Source: Anolis carolinensis
Taxonomy: Eukaryota
Reading direction: 5' to 3'
DNA: 64,000 nucleotides
Assembly (NCBI RefSeq): GCF_035594765.1
Contig: NC_085843.1
Coordinates: forward strand, 25,187,955-25,251,954
This document shows positions 61,950 through 64,000 of the stretch, piece after piece. Made by a program: the position numbers and the translations under genes. The notes beneath the pieces were generated by a model. It saw nothing but the letters and a program-made list of their open reading frames with translations. It was not told the origin of the DNA and did no database searches. Position 1 is the stretch's first letter, and each line of letters begins with the position of its first letter.

Positions 61950-62990
61950 TGACAAGCTGACTTTTTTTAAAAAGCAGGAATGTATCCAGAGGAGGGTGAA
62001 ACAAAATGGTCTGGAAGTTATGCCCTATGAAGAATGTCTTAGGTCCCTGGGTATATTAAGCCTGAAGAAGAGAAGTTTAAATGCCATGTTTAAATATGTA
62101 AAATATACTATAATGAAGGTAGAGCAAGTTTGTTTTCTGGTGCCCCAAAAGCCAAGGACAGGGGTCCCCAAACTAAGGCCAGTGGGCCGGATGCAGCCCT
62201 CCATGGTCATTTACCTGGCCCCTGTCCTAAACTTTAGACTTAGGGTTGACCTAAGTCTACTTGGTCTTTGGAGGTCTCTTTGCTTATCTATGGTCTTATG
62301 AGATCGTCTAGATGGTCTTTGAAGGCCTCGTTGCCTAGCTACGGCCTTATGAGACCATCTAGATGGCTTTTGGAGGTCACTTTCCTTACCTATGGTCTTA
62401 TGAAAACATCTAGATGGTCTTTGAGGCCCCTTTCCTTATCTATGGTCTTCTGATGGCCTGATGAGATCATCTAGATGGCCTTTCCTTACCTATGGTCTTA
62501 TGAGACCATCTAGATGGTCTCTGCAGGTCTCTTTGCTTACCTATGGTCTTATGAGATCATCTAGATCAGGGGTCCCCAAACCAAGGCCCTCCAAAGTCAT
62601 TTCCCTGGCCTCTGTCCTAAACTTTAGACTTAGGGTTGACTTAAGTCTGAAATGACTTGAAGGCACACAACAACAACAATCCTAATTTTGGACTATTTCA
62701 TCATAGTCCGGCCCCCCAACAGTCTGAGGGACTGTGAATCAGCCCGCCACTTAAAAAGTTTGAGGACCCCTGGCCAAGGACATGGAACAATGGATTCAAA
62801 CTACAGGAAGAACTTCCTGATGGTAAGAGCTGTTCAATAGCAGAATACACTGCCTCAAAGTGTGGTGGAGTTGCCTTCTCTGAAAGTTTTTAAACAGAAG
62901 CTGGATGGCTGTTTGTCAGGAGTGTGTATTCCTGCATGACTGAATGAGGTTGGACAGGATGGTCCTTGTAGTCTCTTCAGACTCTATTCT
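61950..62990 (+). mobile_element. CR1 3' fragment with nested composite hAT element
   Basis: QECIQRRVKQNGLEVMPYEECLRSLGILSLKKR; CR1 sequence resumes after 62780. Confidence 0.8.
62159..62772. mobile_element. Composite non-autonomous hAT element carrying a 51-bp minisatellite
   Basis: TIR CAGGGGTCCCCAAACT / AGTTTGAGGACCCCTG, perfect TSD GCCAAGGA, duplicated 5' end at 62567. Confidence 0.85.
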
Positions 62991-63099
62991 TCTTCTTCTA
63001 CTCCCATCCTCTGGCTTCTAATAATCCTGCTTTCCTAGATTCTTCATCTCTAGATTCTTCTGCCATGCCTACTGGTTCCCACTGGCCCAGAGACCAGAG

Positions 63100-64000
63100 A
63101 ATGTCAACCAATAGCAACCAAATGTCATTATAACTGATCCCATACCTGTTTAGCAAGAAAGTTTTCCATTCACCATTATAGATTTTATTGACATTATTAA
63201 CACCAATACTTCTCAAAGGAGATGGTTTTCTTTTTAAAAAATAGTGAATTTATATAGGATGTAATGAAACCCAAGAGCAAACAAATTAAATTTAAAGTCC
63301 AATATAAGTCTTCCTCAGAATGGGAAAGAAATGTTTTCAGAAGCAAATTGTGATTGATAGCTGACTGAACTGCTGTTTTGCAGATCACACGCTGCCATTC
63401 CATCTTTTTTGTAATAATGCTAGACAAACCAACTGCGAAAGATAGCACTTATATTTATGAAAGTGGTGGTAGCAAGCAAAACAGCCAGCATTGTGAAAAG
63501 GAGTGATTTGATCTATGATGCAAGTTATATTTGCCACCAGGTGATATGTTATACACAGTTCTCATGCCATAAAAGAGTCCATACTGTGCATTTGAATTAT
63601 GAATGGGATACCTGGCTATCTCAATTTAGTCTTGATATATAATCTCAAAAAAACATACAGTGCTTTTCATTTCTCCCACTTGGCATCGCTTTTTAAAGAT
63701 AGCATCATATGTCCCCTTCAAGTGATGGCAGCTGAGTGCATTTTATGAGTAAATATGATAAGCAGCAAGGTATCGGAAATGTGAAAAAAATGACTGCTAT
63801 TAGATACATGCTTTTAAAAAGGAATTTGTTTGGACATGGATATGGAAACCATATCATTGAAGTTGTGGCATAAATTTGTTCAGCAAGGACAGACAACATT
63901 CCCCACTTCCAGCCCAGTGAATGCCACCCAATATGAAGTTGTATCAACAACAATTTAGCAGCACCTATAGCAGCTCTCTATGGTGTAACCAGGTTTCAGA
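63100..64000 (-). mobile_element. Possible very old Tx1/L1-like LINE remnant
   Basis: Weak resemblance of SVLAEQIYATTSMIWF...LPSLEGD to the post-RT region of Tx1-type ORF2. Confidence 0.3.

Noticed and set aside
62262-62566. Repeat array as a CRISPR or a repeat protein (YGLMRSSRWSL)
   Set aside because: Eukaryotic context, no unique spacers and no cas genes. The peptide repeat arises because the 51-bp unit is a multiple of 3.

Overview
This is vertebrate genomic DNA. The repeat content (Sauria SINE, Anolis SINE2-like, CR1, L2, RTE/Bov-B, R4, Penelope, Helitron, hAT/Tc1/Harbinger MITEs) points to a squamate, most likely an Anolis lizard. The only host gene I can support is the 5' part of GUCY1A2 (soluble guanylate cyclase alpha-2) on the minus strand. 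Coding exon 1 (46045-45743) lies in a CpG island, followed by exon 2 (23452-23391) and exon 3 (4212-4091); the gene continues beyond position 1. Intron 2 carries a young, full-length Ty3/Gypsy chromovirus (14162-20342, sushi/PEG10-like) oriented antisense to the gene, with 858-bp LTRs and a CTTAG TSD. It has no tRNA primer site but shows a Tf1-type self-priming RNA structure, a non-canonical -1 frameshift site with a candidate pseudoknot, and a 4-codon deletion in the integrase core. Other notable items: a mutated hammerhead ribozyme in a Penelope remnant; two retroposon insertions flanked by very long (about 210 and 330 bp) direct repeats on either side of the CpG island; a composite hAT element that appears to have captured a 51-bp minisatellite; a Helitron nested in an RTE LINE; and a candidate uORF in the GUCY1A2 leader. 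Family names come from recalled consensus features, not database searches.
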